64,000 nucleotides of DNA from NCBI GenBank assembly GCA_024704765.1, contig JAKMXF010000312.1, positions 62,001-126,000 on the forward strand. The letters are read 5' to 3'. Position numbers and translations under genes: made by a program. Positions 59,101 to 64,000 of this stretch are shown in pieces. Origin of the DNA: Oopsacas minuta. Taxonomy: Eukaryota > Animalia > Porifera. The first letter of the stretch is position 1, and every line of letters starts with the position of its first letter. A model generated the notes under the pieces. That model was not told where the DNA came from and ran no database searches. It saw only the letters and a list, made by a program, of their open reading frames with translations.

Positions 59101-62100
59101 GAGGGATCAAAGTATGTAGTAACAGAACCTGAGTCAAGTGTGAGGGCACGAGGACCTATGAAAAGATGTGCAATTATTAAATAATATTCTCTTAAAGTTA
59201 TTGAAAAATATTTCATAACATTTCCACTTTACATACGTTGAGCGTCATGTTCCGTCATAGTTAAGGAGGAAGCGAAAATATATGTATATATGCATGCATG
59301 TAGTAATAATATATGTAGGATCGATCAAAACAATAATAAACCATCCTGCTATTTCTCTTAACCGTAGTATATATGCACGTGATAGCCACGGTTGTCAAAG
59401 GTTAATTCATACATCATATGGCTAATTAGTACGCGCCTACTGCGTATTAATTATTATCAACTTCCCATGGTGCAGTATAGTAACATCAAGGGCAGCTGAA
59501 GGTGCTAAATAGCGGTCACACCATTGGCTTGAGGCCATAGCCTGACCGTTTGCGAGCCGCTCCTGAATATGTTCATAATTGTGTCAATATATTTAACGTT
59601 GTTCTGGATTCAACTTGTAAATAGAGTAGTATATTTTGAATCACAGCAATATGACGAAAACATGATGAGCTATTTGCCGTCATTATTGAACTGATAATTA
59701 TTGCATAGAATAATAATAATTATTATTATTGCAACAAACTTTGCAGTATTAGGTCGATAATCAATATCTCCTCATTGTTACGTGAGTCCAGACATTGCAT
59801 TTTGTGCTTCTTTCCATCTATTTCCAGATTGTTGATATATAATGGATTCTCCATTTCATAGTTTGTACCCAATTCTCTCCAAATAGTGTATTCAAATGGA
59901 ACTGAGTTGTCAGCTTTGTGACATAATAAGGAACTATATTCAGAATCTATGTCCTGGGTGTATGTGTAAGAATCTGAAGCTTCAACAACTAGAAAACCAA
60001 AAATGTTTCAAGTATATCTTTGGACCCAATATAGATATAACAGTTCTTTCAGAATATCAACAAACCTGTAGTCTCTCCTGTATCCACAAACCAAATCGTA
60101 TGTCTCATAATGGAACCGTCAGCCTGAACAGATTCACAGGTGACGTACAATACGGGGTTTCCAACATTTGTGGCGAATATGCTAACACCTACATCATCTA
60201 TTCCAGCGTCATAAGTTACATCCTCACGAATACCATCACGTGTTAAGAACCACCTCACTGGTATTTGTGGATATCCGCTCATACAGTAGAATTCAGTATA
60301 ATCTGTAACTAATGAATTGTCTTCCAATGGTTCATATATAAATGGGCTGAGTTTCATTCCAAATTGATAAACTAAAGAAAATTGAATTTGGTAATAACGG
60401 AATTTACCTATCTTATGCTTCACAAACTTTTAACCAAGATCTGTATTGCTAGTGTTTGTTCCATTTCCAAATTCGTAACATAGTATCTGTATAATCCAGC
60501 ATCAGATAACCCAAAATTCTCAAATGTAATATCCCTCTCTGTTACATAACTGCCGTCAGGCTTCTGCCATTTCCCGACTATATTCATGCTAAGTACCAAA
60601 TCTGGTGACTGTAAATTCACATAAACTTCGTTCACAGCTCCAGGGAGCAGATCGTATGTTGTAATAACTCCTGTATCCAGAGTTATGACAGGTGGACCTA
60701 TTCAGAAACATTTATGATATTATAATCACACTTTATTTGTATTTGTAGTATATTATTTGTATTTGTATCTTGTTTTTATTTATGAATGTATGTATATGTC
60801 CAATTGTCCACCATCACTTCTTTGTTACACAAACCTTGGATGAGGATATCAACATCATGTATTACAGTTCCTGACGATGTATCAAAACATTCCATCTGGT
60901 AACTGTTTTGATTTACAAAAAAGCTGTTTAGGCTTAAGGGATTTTCCCTGACAAATGTAGCACCAGATTTTCTCCATTTATAGTCCTCAAATGGTACAGA
61001 GTTGTCCCATTTGTGGCAGAATAGGAATGCTTCTCCTCTGTCTATGTCAATAGTGTAAGTGTAGGAGTTTGAGGCTTCAGCAACTAACAATTAGATACAG
61101 TTAGAATTGGTTCCACTATTCAAACTTGGCTGAAATATACGTAACCGTATTTCCCTGAAAAAGCGTCAGGGCCAAGACTTGTGAATACAAACCCCAGCAT
61201 ATTCAGGGAAATACTGTATTTATACTTGAAATATTCCAGAAAGTTAACGATTTGTCAGTAACATATGTGCATTAATTAAGTTTCATACCTGTATGAATGG
61301 ATGGATCCAGAAGTGCTACAGTATACACTTTTTGGACATCATCATCTTGAAATACTTCACAGGAATAGTAGCCAGGGGAACCAATGTTAATTTCCACCGT
61401 TTCAGTCCCTAACGGGGGCGTAGTAGAAGGAGGTGGACTATCTGGAGGTTGGCCACTTATATGCTTAAACTGTCTGACGATTGTTTTAGTGTCCTCTGTT
61501 ATACACTGAAGCATTGTGGTAGCAGTGAGAATGGAATTGTCCTCTACTACTGTATATCTATCTGCATCAACAAGTTTTCCGAATTGACTCACTAAATGTA
61601 TTTACATTAATAATACACTATCTTATCTAATTCTGAATATTAATTCATAATATGATAATAGTTATTACCTTGAGTACTGCAGTGATGACAACCAAATGTA
61701 TTAGCTTCACAAAATAAGTCTATCCATACGCCATCTTCTGTATACGCACAGTCACCTGAAAATGATAGAGTCTCATCCCAGTTTAAATAGGTTATGGAAC
61801 TGCCATCAATCCAGCTATATACATCACTATTGTCAATTGTATCCAAACCAATCCAACATTTTGTAGGGGTTGTAGTGAAACTATCAATAAATAACTGTTC
61901 TGCATGTGAAGATATAGAAGCTAGATTGAATCCTTTTCCTTCACAATTTGATTGAGCTTCTGCCCTATCAATTGAAGTAGCACCAATATTCTTTTCTAAG
62001 CATTTTCCATTTTCTGTAATTATATCACATCCTTCTTTCAGCACTATTTGGAATAAACAACAGTCAATTGCTCGTATACGGATATGCGGCTAATACGGAA

Positions 62101-63722
62101 TCTTTTATCGATCCTATTCCTATTTTATGCGCCTAATTCAGATTATTCATGATTTTAAACATATCTATTGTAAAATTATTAGTACCTATTTCCAAGAAAC
62201 TAATTGAAATGCAGACAATAAGACTAATAACATTTTGAGATTGAATTTGCAGCCTTTTAGACAGTAATAATCTTTCTATAACATCATTAACATTTTGAGG
62301 CCGGGTGTAATCAGGATTAGTGTATTGAATCTCCTCTAATGCACATTGTACGAACGTAATTCATGAATCGCACTCCATTGGTTCTGTAACATTTTCGAAA
62401 AATTTACAAATTACAAATAGAAATAATTTGTGTAACCCATTCTATTACAGATTTAGTAAACTTAATACCTTGATATGTCCTGGGAAATAGTCCTACAGTA
62501 TATATCTGCTCGCTTCCATCATTCAGTGTTACTATACAGCTGTAGGAGCCTGGATTGGTTATACTGGCCCTCAATACACTAACTCCTGTGCTGGAACCTG
62601 TATCAGAATCTAGGTATGTGCTGATGCTATCTAGATTTGTGTATTTCCAAACAGTCTGTTGTGTGTGTATAGTATTCGTTACACAGTAGAGAGTTGTACT
62701 GACAGTAAATACTGTATTCTCTGCCAAAGGCTGGAACAGATATGATCCTATCGCTTGTCCAAATGGATCAACTAAAGAGTAATATATTAAGAATTTATGT
62801 CAGCTATTCATATTCATTTCATTAGTCTACAAAACAGTGGCACTCTCTATAACAGCAGCCTTTAGCGCTATACTGTTATTACCATGTTCTATTGCATTTC
62901 TAATTTCCTTGCAACACAATTACATACAAATATTTACATTTTGATAATTATTGCAATATGTACCTGGATATATCGCTGGTTCCAATAAAGCTACAGTATA
63001 AATTCTTTCTATACCACCTTCTTGAGTGACGCTACACATGTAGAAGCCAGGGGCTGTTATGTCTAGTGTTTCAGTATCAACTCCTCGAGTATCGGCTGTG
63101 AATTCGCCTATGTCAGTAATTTCACCTCCGAGGTCAACATAACTCCAGGTGATAGATGGTAGGCCCGATAATAACTCTGATACACAGTATAGTTGGGCAT
63201 TTTCAGTGAATATAGAATCGTCTGGCAGTGCTTCACTTTCACCAGTAGCATACATTACACCGAATGGAGACACTAGAAATATAGTACGGGTAATGAATTA
63301 TTTGTAACATATATTCAATTTATCATAATGATTACCTGGTGAGCTACAGAAATGACAACCTATTGTATCACCACACGGTACATCAAACCACTTAGAATTC
63401 CCAGTTATTTGTGCGCAGTCTTCATTTCCTGATTCCTCTCTTGGTTGACCAAAACCCCAGTTGGTATAGTTTACTGGACTGCCGTCTTCCCAGAAAAATA
63501 CATTTTCAGTGAATTGGTCACTTAACCCGATCCAACAGTTGGTAACTGATTCCTCGATCATCTTGTCGTAAATCAAATCATTTTCTCTACTTGAAGTTAC
63601 TGAAGCAATAGTCTCCTCATCCGTCGCACATGCTGCTTTAGCCTGATTCCAGTCTCCACCCGTATATCTGTAGTTGAAACATTTCTCTCCATTATAGATA
63701 CGACTACATCCTTGGGTCGGGA
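53103..63722 (-). CDS. Large type-I surface receptor, 5'-partial: CTLD-IgA-IgA-CTLD-(IgA-IgC-IgB)x6-FN3-TM-short tail, ~2260 aa in the window
   Basis: Exons (high to low): 63722-63336, 63272-62964, 62771-62469, 62043-61669, 61591-61289, 61083-60835, 60697-60428, 60371-60066, 59988-59740, 59155-58895, 58676-58374, 58095-57859, 57737-57468, 57408-57100, 57013-56765, 56658-56389, 55713-55447, 55336-55088, 55025-54756, 54680-54384, 54325-54071, 53980-53705, 53623-53103. All internal exons are open, multiples of 3 and phase 1. CWIGL/W.DG (CTLD); LYC…W…G.Y.C (Ig). The Ig assignment of the B and C modules is pattern-based. Confidence 0.85.
55852..56305. mobile_element. hAT-like MITE in an intron
   Basis: TIRs cggggccggatttacc / ggtaaatatggcactg (12/16 match); 8-bp TSD ccagtggg / gcagtggg. 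Confidence 0.65.
58716..58836. mobile_element. hAT (Charlie-like) MITE, 121 bp, in an intron
   Basis: TIRs cagcggttcccaacct / aggttgggaatcgctg; 8-bp TSD ctctaatg / ctttaatg. Confidence 0.85.
61144..61218. mobile_element. Short TIR element remnant in an intron
   Basis: ccgtatttccctgaa … ttcagggaaatactg. Confidence 0.5.
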
Positions 63723-64000
63723 CTAGAGGAATGAATTGTTATATCTTTACTGAAAATTTCTTTATTATTTATTTATTTATATAATATTCGATTAATTGGA
63801 CCTGTCCTGCTATATTTAATCCCCCAATGTAGGCCCGAGCGGACCATCCATGGCGCCATATATGATCCCTGTAGTTAATATACCCCTGGATAATCCAAAT
63901 AGTGAAGAAGATAGCTTCCTCGCTTGTGTTGTTCGGATATGATTATTAAAATTCAATTTTATCTGTATACTATTAACAGTTGGATATTATTAAACGAGGA

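Noticed and set aside
59740-59988. Missing or stop-containing C exon in the second A-C-B triplet
   Set aside because: It is absent from the ORF track, but manual translation shows an open 249-nt exon (…SSLLCHKADNSVP…).

Overview
AT-rich, gene-dense eukaryotic (metazoan) DNA with short GT-AG introns. The gene content and compactness suggest a sponge-like early-branching animal, which is inference and not verified. From 5' to 3' the window holds: (1) the 3' part of a 25-exon thrombospondin-superfamily gene (vWA-like, LamG, vWC, 7 TSR, EGF, type-3 repeats, C-terminal lectin); (2) a 16-kb field of 11 intronless four-TM genes (2 tetraspanins plus 9 loop-less tetraspan proteins, one with a p130Cas-like YxxP array), interrupted by a tyrosinase-like gene; (3) UBE2V; (4) ST13/Hip, whose 14.5-kb third intron contains 11 M6P-receptor/ATG27-like (MRH-domain) genes, four of them forming a ~4-kb palindrome with near-identical ends and a diversified ligand-binding middle, and two lacking a membrane anchor; (5) FAM20B-like, BNIP3-like and ELP2 genes and one more four-TM gene; (6) a >2200-aa minus-strand receptor (C-type lectin + Ig-like triplet repeats + FN3 + TM) made of phase-1 symmetric exons. 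The window also has several MITEs, micro/minisatellites and a strongly over-represented T-box-like 9-mer. All homology calls are by-eye motif recognition; no database search was run.
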